DNA of 63,275 nt, counting the filler, from Octopus bimaculoides (lineage: Eukaryota), in assembly GCF_001194135.2 (NCBI RefSeq). It is 6 parts of 5 records of this genome, joined end to end, with 100 filler letters (N's around TTAATTAATTAA, not from the genome) between each part and the next. Parts side by side here need not be neighbours in the genome. Positions count along the whole stretch, not along the records: positions 1 to 30,890 come from NC_068992.1; positions 30,991 to 40,273 come from NW_026429869.1; 4 more parts are not named here. One strand, given 5' to 3'. Positions 29,106-39,125 of this stretch are shown here, one piece after another. Made by a program: the position numbers and the translations under genes. Position 1 is the stretch's first letter, and each line of letters starts with the position of its first letter. The notes below the pieces were generated by a model, which saw only the letters and a program-made list of their open reading frames with translations, was not told where the DNA came from and did not search any database.

Positions 29106-29362
29106 ACGAGGGATTGTCTGGACTTTAATTGAATATTTCAGAAAAACAAACCGTATCACAGTGATAATGACGGCGTAACTGATGTTGATGATTGTTTTTT
29201 TTGTTTTTTTAAATAAGAGGAAATCTTCGTCACCAATGATGAACAGCATCAACGTTGGAAGAAGTACCTGGATAACAAGAGGGAAAATGTTGAACAATAA
29301 ACTTTGCTCACATCTCATAAGAGTATCTTGATCGGATTTTCAAATTTTCAGCAGACCCTCAC
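29106..29362 (+). mobile_element. Internally deleted mini-mariner (transposase C-terminus plus TIR-like ends), related to 1210-1945
   Basis: Reads PYHSDNDGVTDVDDCF and EEIFVTNDEQHQRWKKYLDNKRENVEQ* (mariner C-terminal HRWKKC..KGDYVEK). It starts ACGAGGG and ends TTTTCAGCAGACCCTC. Confidence 0.7.
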
Positions 29363-29484
29363 GTGTGTGTGTGTCTGTGTGTGTGCATGTGCGTGTATAT
29401 GTGTGTATGTATATGTGTGTATATTCATATGTGTGTAAGTGTGTATGTATGTATGTATCTATATATATAAAAGCTACGGTGGAT

Positions 29485-29550
29485 TAGCCGGGTAAACTGC
29501 TTCACAACATCGATCCGGCTCCTGCGCAATGGGCTCAAATCCTGCCAAGA
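29485..29550 (+). mobile_element. tRNA-like SINE head fragment
   Basis: A-box-like TAGCCGGGT and B-box-like GGCTCAAATCC. Confidence 0.4.
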
Positions 29551-29574
29551 GTAATTTTACACTTGCTTTTTATA

Positions 29575-29692
29575 GGCGTAGGAGTAGTTGTGTACTAAGT
29601 AGCTTGCTTACGAACCACATGGTTCCGGGTTCAGTCCCACTGCGTGGCTCCTTGGGCAAGTGTCTTCTACTATAGTCTCGGGCTGACCAAAG
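29575..29692 (+). mobile_element. tRNA-derived SINE, family B, 5' head only
   Basis: GGCGTAGGAGT...GTGT...AAGTAGCTTGCTT...CCGGGTTCAGTCCCACTGCGTGG..CCTTGGGCAAGTGTCTTCTAC; homologous to the heads ending at 55355, 39080 and 34220. Confidence 0.85.
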
Positions 29693-29870
29693 ATAGATTT
29701 ATATAACAAGTTTTAGTGGGGAATTGAGAGAGATTAAATCTACTACCGCGTTGTTGTGCCTCAGAATGTTCACAGTGTAGTCTACGTGATAGATAAAACC
29801 TATTAGGTACCTGACCACGTTCCTGCTGTCGGTTTTCTTACGATTAGTTAGGGATCTTGGGATCTGAATC

Positions 29871-29912
<42 letters not shown>

Positions 29913-30369
29913 AAACACACACACATATTCTGACATACATTGACATACGTAACCAGATAAAAATATAAGCATACACACATATATTTCTAACATATCTTCA
30001 TTATTATTAGTTACCAGACTGCAAAAAGCCACGATTTCTGTGGCGCTGAATTAAAACATAATGGAATAGCCATAAAAATAATTAAAAAATTCTAAACATC
30101 ATATATAACATTAGAAGAATCCAGTTCCAGAGAATCATCTCGAGAAGAAATAATGACATGTTCATTGACGATTCCAAACATACGATTTGATGACTGCAAA
30201 TATTTGCTCTCCAGCAGATTGAGCAACCTCTGCATCAATTCCTGCTGGTAGTTATAGCATGTATTCTTCATGATCACGATCTAGTGTCCGTATGTCTTCA
30301 TGATATGCGTAACTGTGTAGGACAACTTGTATTGTTATGACTCCCTTTCCCTTCCAATATTATACGTAT

Positions 30370-30405
<36 letters not shown>

Positions 30406-30890
30406 TCACGACTTGGTTCGACTTTTTCCTACACATCTTTCTATCATACTTTCTTTTTGTCTTCCTTCTTTTCTTTCTTCCTTTCTTTCTGTATATATCC
30501 TTACTTTCTTCATCATTCCAATAGAACACCATTTTCCATTAACGTTACTTCGACACATGTCTAGATTTAATAGTGTTTCATAGCCGCAAGGACTTTACTT
30601 TCCATGTATATTTATATTTTTCCCAACTACCTTTGCGTCTTGTTTTTCCGTTTTCTTTTCGTGACTCTCATTTACTTTGGCCCATCTATTCCTAACGGCA
30701 TGTTGCTGTTGACGCCACCAAAATGAAACAAAAATATTATCGCCAACGGTGTGAAATTGTTATGATTTTGGGACCATTGCTGATAATGCTAGACCATGTT
30801 CACATCTTGTCCATGACTTATCCGTGAGTTCATTTGTCCTCCTCCTACGCAATCATTGAATCTTATATATATATATATATATGTATATAT

Positions 30891-30990
30891 NNNNNNNNNN
30901 NNNNNNNNNNNNNNNNNNNNNNNNNNNNNNNNNNTTAATTAATTAANNNNNNNNNNNNNNNNNNNNNNNNNNNNNNNNNNNNNNNNNNNN
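30891..30990. other. Artificial scaffold joint N44-TTAATTAATTAA-N44
   Basis: 12-mer at 30935-30946 with 44 N on each side; it has stop codons in all six frames. Confidence 0.97.
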
Positions 30991-31085
30991 ACAGAAAGTC
31001 TTTAACGTTTCGAGCTACACTCTTCAACAGAAAGAATACAGAGAGAAAAAATTGAATGGTGTTTGGTCAACGATCTATCATGGCT
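30991..31085 (-). mobile_element. Probable Penelope-type terminal fragment with a hammerhead-like hairpin
   Basis: Minus strand TCTTT-CTGTTGA-A-GAG-tgtag-CTC-GAAA-CGTT-AAAGA. The Penelope assignment is inference from this motif only. Confidence 0.4.
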
Positions 31086-31094
31086 TCTATATAT

Positions 31095-31490
31095 ATGGTG
31101 TGTTAGTGGGCGCAAGTCAAGTGGGCAGGCTGCCTTGTTTGAAAATGTCTGACATGTGACTACCCAAGAGAATGTTTTAGATGGACCTGGCGGAAGCAAA
31201 GTGTGCACCAGGGAGACAGAAAACGTGCTTCAAGGACGTATTCAAGGCCTCACCGAAGTGCTTTCAGTTCGACTATGGTACCCGGGAAATGCAAGAACAA
31301 GAAATTGTACCATCAGAGGTGATAGAGCTTCCAAACAACAGGATTGCAGATGTACAAAGGAAAGGCAAATTGTGCCAGTCCAGAGCCAAGTTCTTGGGCT
31401 CATTCTCTGGAGGCCACGAGTGCCTGATATGCAACAGAGCCATCTGGGTAATCGTCAGGCTGATCAGCCACACCCACACACACCAGGATT
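31095..31490 (+). mobile_element. RTE-clade LINE 3' end (post-RT region plus terminal C2H2-like finger), decayed
   Basis: AQVKWAG...LPKRMF, GRQKTCFKDVFKAS, NRIADVQRK, CLICNRAIWVIVRLISHTHTH, matching RTE LRWAGH / GGQKKRFKD.LKASLK / C..C.R...GL.SH..TH. Confidence 0.8.
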
Positions 31491-31601
31491 TGCATTTGCA
31501 TCCTCCCATGCGATATCATTGGACATTATGAAAATTATGGGACAGACAAGTATATACTTGTGTCTGTATATGTGAGAGAGAGTGTGTGTGTGTGTGCATG
31601 C

Positions 31602-31654
<53 letters not shown>

Positions 31655-31737
31655 NNNNNNNNNNNNNNNNNNNNNNNNNNNNNNNNNNNNNNNNNNNNNN
31701 NNNNNNNNNNNNNNNNNNNNNNNNNNNNAGATACGTA

Positions 31738-31775
<38 letters not shown>

Positions 31776-31969
31776 CGTATGTGTATATATGTATGTATAG
31801 ATATACGTATATGTGTGTATATATATATATGTATGTATGTGTGTATATATGTATGTATAGATATACGTATGTGTGTATATATATATACGTATGTATGTAT
31901 ATGCATGTATATATACATACATATTCGAATGTATATATATATACATATGTATATATACATACATGTATG

Positions 31970-32000
<31 letters not shown>

Positions 32001-32279
32001 CAGTGTAGACTCTATTAAAACAAGAGCTACAAATAATTTCTTGCCTTTCTGATACGGAATCTTCTTCCTCCCAGCAATCTCTGGGCTCAGAGCACACGGT
32101 CAGTTCTATTTGAACACCAAAACCCTGGTACATAAGAAATCAAGATTTTAAAAAAAAAACCAAAAAATCCTGATGGAAAAAATGGAATGCATAGACGAAG
32201 GTGAATGAAAACGGAAGAAGGAGGAACCATTTTTGATCATTATTGATGATGCATTGATGAAGATCTTGAGTTTCCTGGC

Positions 32280-32900
32280 ATCAAATTACCAAACTGGCAG
32301 CGATAGAGGGACACTGCATTTTTCTCTCTTTAGTTAAGTGTGAGTGGCACTGAAGCACCGGAATCTTGTTCCTTACTCATTGATCTAAGGCGGTACGTGA
32401 TGGTATCATGAAAGCATTGCATTTACTGGGCCTACTCCTATGTGGATTGGCGTGGATCCTCATGGATGGTCTCGTTCGATTGATCGTCATAGAACTGAAC
32501 AAGTCATCCAGATCGTGGAGAGATTTTGAGCTCAAATTTCACCCCCCCTGCGAAGCGTGAAAGCCATTTCTTTGCAGTTCTTTCAGTAACAGAACTTTCT
32601 CCATACACAACAGAGATGTCTTGGGTGGCTTTGGCAAACTCTGGAACCGTGATTGAAAAGGAAAAAAAGAAAACTAGTATCGAAAATGCCATTTTTTTTT
32701 CCTTTTCTCCTTGTGACTCCATTCATATCTCTGATACAAAGTAGTAAAATTTATTCAAATTTCAAAAATATTAAAAGAATGGTTATGGAGGAAACATAGA
32801 GCCATCGAGAAACTGTAAAACACAGATGAATATATTTCTCATGTTAATTCAAATAACATTGGGTGAGGGAGGGGAGTAAAATTTATCTGACAAACTAAAA
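32280..32900 (-). mobile_element. Mariner transposase 5' half (HTH region up to the WVPH-like motif) with TIR-like end
   Basis: FAKATQDISVVYGESSVTERTAKKWLSRF..G.FEL..SPRSG, HEDPRQ and .ERKMQC.SIAASL; TIR-like TTTATCTGACAAACT near 32882-32897. Confidence 0.85.
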
Positions 32901-32929
32901 GACTATCTGAAGTGATGCAATGGCAACAT

Positions 32930-33270
32930 TCGCTTTTCCTTCCTGGGAAAACAAAGCATCGAAATGCAGGACTTGGCGCCCGTCCTCCTTCTCCTCAGTT
33001 CAAAGATTTGAGCAAACTCAACTCCAACGTTGGGACCAACATCATGTAAGCATGAAGGCACGCTGGAAAATATGCTGTTCCTTTAAATGGAAACCGTACC
33101 TGTCATTACTGGTCTTGTCGCGTGAAGCAAAACAGGGCTTGCCCTCCACCGAAGAAAACGCGTAGTACATTATCCACAAGCACTTGAGCAAACTGAGTCC
33201 TCAACTTATTCCATTTGCCAAAAGGTTTGCAAGGCACCAGCAGGCCTCAAGAGACACATTCATGTCTAGG
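32930..33270 (+). mobile_element. LINE (RTE-like) 3' remnant with terminal C2H2-like finger
   Basis: QFKD motif near 32998 and YSICQKVCKAPAGLKRHIHV* ending near 33270. Confidence 0.55.
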
Positions 33271-33354
33271 GAGCATGATTATCACTTTATTTCATTGAAC
33301 CCTCATTTGTCATTCACTATGAGATATATATATATATATATGTATGTTAATGAT

Positions 33355-33510
33355 CAAGTGCCGATTGCTTGAATTGGAGGGAAGTTGTTGAAGTGGGAGA
33401 CCTAGGATGAAATATTGGAAGCTGGTCACAAAACAGAGAACCTTACGAAGGAGATGACAGAAGAACAAGATACGTGGCGTGTTGCTGTACTCAAGAAGAC
33501 CCGCATTTGG
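33355..33510 (+). mobile_element. RTE-type LINE 3' fragment
   Basis: GRPRM-like motif followed by LTKEMTEEQDTWRVAVLKKTR, resembling the RTE terminal (A.DR..WR) segment. Confidence 0.55.
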
Positions 33511-33849
33511 GGAGGGACTGCGGGGATAAGAAACTACAAAAAGAGGGAGAGGAGAAAATGCCTTGCTAAAGAAGTGAAGGAATGGCCTGCCCGTCTGGAA
33601 AGTGAACGAAAGAAAAAAAAGGGACGTGAGGTCCAGGTACAACGTAAATAAGACAAGATAGGATGGATATATATATATATATATTACGGAGATGCACTTG
33701 CATAGCAAGTGACCTGATCTGAGATCAACAGGTCGCGGTCTCAAAGTGACGAAAATATTTTGACAAATTAAATTTAAATGTTGAAGTGAATCTAACGGAT
33801 TTTGTGTGTTATTTTAAATGGCTTATAAACACCTTCCACGCTGCAATTG

Positions 33850-33890
<41 letters not shown>

Positions 33891-33898
33891 GACACATC

Positions 33899-33931
<33 letters not shown>

Positions 33932-33988
33932 GTACACATGTATGTATATGATATATTTACATATATGACACACACTTATGTCTGTGTG

Positions 33989-34024
<36 letters not shown>

Positions 34025-34054
34025 CATGTATACCTACATGTATGTATATACATT

Positions 34055-34220
34055 GGTCTTCTTACAGTGTCTGTTTACCAGATCTACTGGCAAGGCTTTG
34101 GTTGGCCTGGGGCTACTACAGCAGAAGTAACTTGCCACATGTGCAGCACAGTGGGACTGAACCAAAAGCTACATGTTCCAACAGCAAACTTCTCACCCCC
34201 CACAGCTACCCCTGCACCTA
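34055..34220 (-). mobile_element. SINE family B head (degraded)
   Basis: CAAGGCTTTGGTTGGCC..GGCTA...GAAG..ACTTGCC...CAGTGGGACTGAACC, the reverse complement of the 29575 head. Confidence 0.75.
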
Positions 34221-35670
34221 CCTACGCACAAAGGTCTACTGGTCAAGACTGGCTCACTTCCAAGCACCACTACCTGCCCTCCTGCAAGTGTGTCTTGACC
34301 ATCTCTTTACAAATAATCCTGTTGATTTAACACCATGGAACATGATTTATAATCCATGTTGTCTGCTCTATGCTTCTATCTCAGCTGGATGGCCATCGTC
34401 GTGATACTGGCGCCATCTGCTTTTTTTATCCTTGCAGCAGAAGTTATAAATTCTTATCTGACAGTGGCTCCCCGCTCGAAATATCGACAGCAACATACCT
34501 GTAGCTGCAGTTTTGAATTTCAATGTTTGTCTCTTATTTTGAAGATAACTTTGTTCCTGCACGACTCTTGGAGGGTTGGAATAAAATGGAGCTGATAGAT
34601 ACGGCTCTGTAGCATTTGCCCTGAATCAGTGCCCTCGTCATCGTCAATACCCTTGTCGTTGTATAACGTCCACTGACCCATACTGGCATGGGTCAGTTTG
34701 TATATGGGTGAGGCTGATTTTTGGTGACCAGATTCCATCACTTCGCTTCCTGCTGTCCAACCTCCCTTGGACACGAGCAAGGTTATGTACCCTCCCATGG
34801 AAGACGGGAACCAAACAACACTGTCGGAGATTTGGTGCTGCTTGTTTACGATCAACACGATTTCACAAAGATATACACAAATATACGTACACACTTACAG
34901 ATAAATATGTAAATGTGTGTGTGTGTGTGTATTATTTATATATNNNNNNNNNNNNNNNNNNNNNNNNNNNNNNNNNNNNNNNNNNNNNNNNNNNNNNNNN
35001 NNNNNNNNNNNNNNNNNNNNNNNNNNNNNNNNNNNNNNNNNNNNNNNNNNNNNNNNNNNNNNNNNNNNNNNNNNNNNNNNNNNNNNNNNNNNNNNNNNNN
35101 NNNNNNNNNNNNNNNNNNNNNNNNNNNNNNNNNNNNNNNNNNNNNNNNNNNNNNNNNNNNNNNNNNNNNNNNNNNNNNNNNNNNNNNNNNNNNNNNNNNN
35201 NNNNNNNNNNNNNNNNNNNNNNNNNNNNNNNNNNNNNNNNNNNNNNNNNNNNNNNNNNNNNNNNNNNNNNNNNNNNNNNNNNNNNNNNNNNNNNNNNNNN
35301 NNNNNNNNNNNNNNNNNNNNNNNNNNNNNNNNNNNNNNNNNNNNNNNNNNNNNNNNNNNNNNNNNNNNNNNNNNNNNNNNNNNNNNNNNNNNNNNNNNNN
35401 NNNNNNNNNNNNNNNNNNNNNNNNNNNNNNNNNNNNNNNNNNNNNNNNNNNNNNNNNNNNNNNNNNNNNNNNNNNNNNNNNNNNNNNNNNNNNNNNNNNN
35501 NNNNNNNNNNNNNNNNNNNNNNNNNNNNNNNNNNNNNNNNNNNNNNATATGCATATTTGTATGTGTGTGTGTTTTTATAAAATATAATAAAAAACAGTTT
35601 TACTTGAAATTGAAGGATCACTGAATACATTTGGTTGGGTATAGATTTATTATTCTTGAACACAAATAGC

Positions 35671-35719
35671 ATGAAGAATGATGCTGCAGTTTCACCCAGA
35701 AAGCCCATCGTCGGACAGA
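35671..35719 (+). CDS. Candidate upstream coding exon (MKNDAAVSPRKPIVGQ) of the RRM gene
   Basis: ATG at 35671 and donor AGA|GTAAGG at 35720. The 49 nt give phase 1, which matches the acceptor at 36148. There is no homology support. Confidence 0.25.
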
Positions 35720-36147
35720 GTAAGGGCAGAAGGAGCTGTAGTCTCGGTCACTTGAGCCTAACGGAAACTAGATTAAACTCCACCCTTATCAACCCTGCAG
35801 TCTCATGTTGGATTGATTCTGAGCCTGGAGGTGACCATACATCAGTGTAGGCACCATCTGCTAGGGGCCCATCCCTGTTCTGACTGAGATTCTAACTGAA
35901 CGCCCTGTGTGTTAGTTTTTTAGTGACGTGTCCACCTAGAAACATATGTCAGCTGGTATCGTTGGCCATCGGTCATTCAATGATGGATGCTGGCTGGCTT
36001 GACGGACAGTTGCTGACGGGGGAAAATAAACTAATTAGCCATCGATCGCCGATATCAACCGACCCCCATCCTTTAAAAATAACCCCCGCTGAAAAGCCTT
36101 TAACAGCAGAGACTATATGTGATTTTTAAATGTTATATTTCATACAG

Positions 36148-36259
36148 CGAGCATTTCAGAGGACAGGACTATCGTTGTTGGAAACTTACCCCAGGATGCA
36201 AAGCGGGAACTACTGCAGTGTCTCTTTCCGGAGGCCGTGAAGATTTTTATGGACATGGA
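36148..36259 (+). CDS. Coding exon with the N-terminal half of a nucleolin-like RRM; 3' end lost in an N gap
   Basis: Acceptor TTATATTTCATACAG| followed by a phase-1 open frame SISEDRTIVVGNLPQDAKRELLQCLFPEAVKIFMDM. RT-hhh-x-NLP (RNP2) and L...F..A..I align without gaps to the nucleolin RRM2 pattern RTLLAKNLP.......L...F..A..I. Confidence 0.62.
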
Positions 36260-36540
36260 NNNNNNNNNNNNNNNNNNNNNNNNNNNNNNNNNNNNNNNNN
36301 NNNNNNNNNNNNNNNNNNNNNNNNNNNNNNNNNNNNNNNNNNNNNNNNNNNNNNNNNNNNNNNNNNNNNNNNNNNNNNNNNNNNNNNNNNNNNNNNNNNN
36401 NNNNNNNNNNNNNNNNNNNNNNNNNNNNNNNNNNNNNNNNNNNNNNNNNNNNNNNNNNNNNNNNNNNNNNNNNNNNNNNNNNTTCTTCTTCTTCTTCTTC
36501 TTCTTCGTTTATAAATTTTTTTTTTCTTTTTTTTTTTTTT

Positions 36541-37312
36541 TTTCTCTTATTCAGACCAACCATATTTGTCCTAAGCTTAAGAAATCTTGTCTTTGACAGC
36601 AAAGAAGGCAGGAATTCAGAGCATTGTGTTCTCATTTTTTATCTATCGGTCGTCATCATTTTAACGTCCATTTTTCCATGCTGACATGGGTTTAAGAAAA
36701 GGACCATAGGTCAGCTCAACTGACTGACACCTCGTTAAACCTCTATCGTCATCGTTTTCAGATTGCAAAGCTTTACAGAGATTAATGAACATGGACAGAG
36801 AAATCCGAAACGGGAATAGTTTCTCCCTCTTTAAAAACTTTATCAAACTGCTCATTAGCTTGAACAAGTTTCTCTAGACGTTATTTTCAAAGAAATAACA
36901 TCACACCACAAAAAAGGAAAGGAACATTTTCTTTTTTTGCAGTGTTTCTTTTACTTCTCCATTAACCTTTAACACGCTTAGGCACATCATGACACAGTAT
37001 GAGTTTTCTCCCCTGTAACTGCAGGCGCATTGTATCACATTGAGAGGGGAAAAAACTTACATGGCGACATGATGTGCCTACAGCAAGCTAAAGGTTAATA
37101 AATCTTTTCCTGTTATTTTTCCTTTTTTTCTCTCATTCAGACAGCCAAGAAGCCATGAGTTCAAAGCATTTTATGGGGGTTTTTTTTCCATCTGTCATTG
37201 ATTTTAAGAAAAGGACCACAGCTCAGTTTACCTGGCCCATATCTAACTAAACCTCGTTCATCATCTTCATCTCCCAGGTGAAGATTCCAAAGACCCACGA
37301 AGACTGAACAAT
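36541..37312 (+). repeat. Local diverged direct duplication (about 36541-36800 and 37123-37312)
   Basis: Shared blocks in the same order: T-rich..ATTCAGAC, GACAGC.AAGAAG.CA.GA.TTCA.AGCATT, TTTAAGAAAAGGACCA.AG.TCAG, TAAACCTC, AGATT.CAAAG. Confidence 0.8.
36966..37094. mobile_element. piggyBac-type MITE (129 bp, about 50-bp imperfect TIRs, TTAA target duplication)
   Basis: TTAA|CCTTTAACACGCTTAGGCACATCATG...CATGATGTGCCTACAGCAAGCTAAAGG|TTAA, with TTAA at 36962-36965 and 37095-37098. Confidence 0.8.
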
Positions 37313-37649
37313 ATCTATTTCCTATCACAAGGACTTTTGTTACCCCTTACTTCAGGATCAAACCAGTGTGTCGCCTTCGTGCTGTCTTTCTTGTTGTTAT
37401 TTCAGAGAGATACAAATGAAGAATTTATGCTGTATATTATTTAATATACCTTTATTTGTCTATGTTGTTCAACGACTATCCAGCAATAGCACAGGCCCTC
37501 AGAAATTCTGGGTTGGTGCCCAGTGTGTTGAAAGACAACTGGGAGTAAGGCACCCTTTAGCTTTTGTTAAAGTGTGTCTCTAGGACCTGCTTCAAACCCA
37601 AACTACCTCTGCTCCGATAGTCAGGAACAGCAACGCCGCCAACAGCATG

Positions 37650-37910
37650 TGAGTATAGGAAACAAAGTAAGTAGAGTGTGGTCATCTCAAAAAGAAGATT
37701 GGGTTCCAGTTGCACAAGATGTCCTTGGCTTGTGTCGAGGAAGACAGAGAACTTTATGAAAACGTTCGTAGCAGGGTCATCGCCATAGGCCCAATGGTCT
37801 GTGGTTATGATCCCGAAACCATGGCTTAGTCTTTGCAGTAGAACACCACTAAAGATTTCAAGACGATGAGGAAATCCAAGAGAACGTGACAAAGCATTTA
37901 ATCTCCTTTT
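37650..37910 (+). mobile_element. Mariner transposase remnant (first catalytic D region joined to C-terminus)
   Basis: QKEDWVPVAQDVL, .VCGYDPET (37803-37820; family motif GDETWVYGYDPET) and RFQDDEEIQENVT. Confidence 0.7.
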
Positions 37911-38499
37911 GAAGTAGTCCCCTTCTCAGGCCACATCGCTTTATCCTGTGTCGTTTCCATTGAAAGTATGTGATTGGAAAGCAAACTTGTTACTTAACAG
38001 CATATCTGTCTGGCCGTTCAGAACCCGGCTTCACTAAAATACTGAATATTCATGCAAGCCGTGCCGTGCTTGCGGCTGGTGGGGGGGGAAAACACATTTA
38101 AATAAACGAAGACACACACACATGCGCACGCAAGCATATGCAATAAACGCTCATGCCACCATAACCTGAAGAAGAAAGAAAGCTCTCCCACCCCACCCCC
38201 ACCCCCTAACCGTTTTCTCTTCAATGGAAACGGTCAATATTTGCTAAATTTACATGAGTGTTCGAAGTGTGCACCTACTATTATCAAACGAGATTTTCCT
38301 TCCTTTGTCTAAGTGCTAATTGTCAACCTCTTGAGCCATAAATCAGCTGTCAGGAATAAGATGTCACATGCACAGCTGGGACTGCACCACCGACACCACC
38401 GCTGCCACCGCCAACTACTACCACACTGCTAAGGTGCCTCCCCGACACGGCCGTCCAGCCTGCTAGAAACAGCAGCAGTGGAATCTCCACTGTGATGGT

Positions 38500-38700
38500 G
38501 TTTCAGTCATTACACTGTGGCTATGCTGGGGCAAAGCGTTGGAGAATCTTTAGTCGAATGAATTGACCCCAGTACATCCCCCCCCCAAGCCTAGTAGTTA
38601 TTCTATCGGTCGCCTTTGCTGAACTGCTAGGTTACTGGGGTTAAACACATTGAACACCGATTGTCAAGTGATCGTGGCGGACAGACACACACACACACAC
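38500..38700 (-). mobile_element. SINE family B 3' half
   Basis: GTTTCAGTCA...TGTGGC.ATGCTGGGGCA, GACCCCAGTAC, GCTGAACTGCTAGGTTAC, ending at (CA)n. Confidence 0.7.
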
Positions 38701-38705
38701 ATACA

Positions 38706-39080
38706 CATCTTTTACTTGTTTCAGCCAATAGACTGTGACCATGCTGCAGCACTGCTTTGAATTTTTAATCATAGGAATCAACCCCAGTACTTCTTTTTTT
38801 TTTTTAACCTGGTACTTATTCCACTGATCTCTTTTGTCCAACTGCTAAGTTACGGTGACGTAACTGGTGGTGTTGGTGGGAACCAAACACAGACACACAT
38901 ACGCATATATGCATATATACAATGGGCTTCTTTCAGTTTCCGTTTACCAAATTCACTTACAAGGCTTTGGTTTGCCCGAGGCGATAGTAGAAAACACTTG
39001 CCGAAGGTGCCATGCAATGAGATTGAACCTGGAATCATGTGGTTGGGAAGCAAGCTTCTTACCACACAACCATACCTGCG
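38706..39080 (-). mobile_element. SINE family B, near full length
   Basis: Tail TTTTACTTGTTTCAGCCA, central GCTAAGTTACGG and head CAAGGCTTTGG...GAACCTGGAA..ATGTGGTTGGGAAGCAAGCTTCTTACCACAC. Confidence 0.85.
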
Positions 39081-39125
39081 TCTGTCTGTCTTTGTCTCTC
39101 CCTCTCTCTGTCGATACTATATATA

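Noticed and set aside
34721-34870. VGDLVLLV motif resembling the BEL/Pao C-terminal domain
   Set aside because: It is a single short motif with no integrase or LTR nearby; probably part of another repeat.
37584-37648. Exon-like segment CTCTAG|...|GTGAGT
   Set aside because: It is 65 nt with no domain in any frame, abuts a mariner remnant, and the upstream GTAAGG would imply an intron of only about 39 nt.
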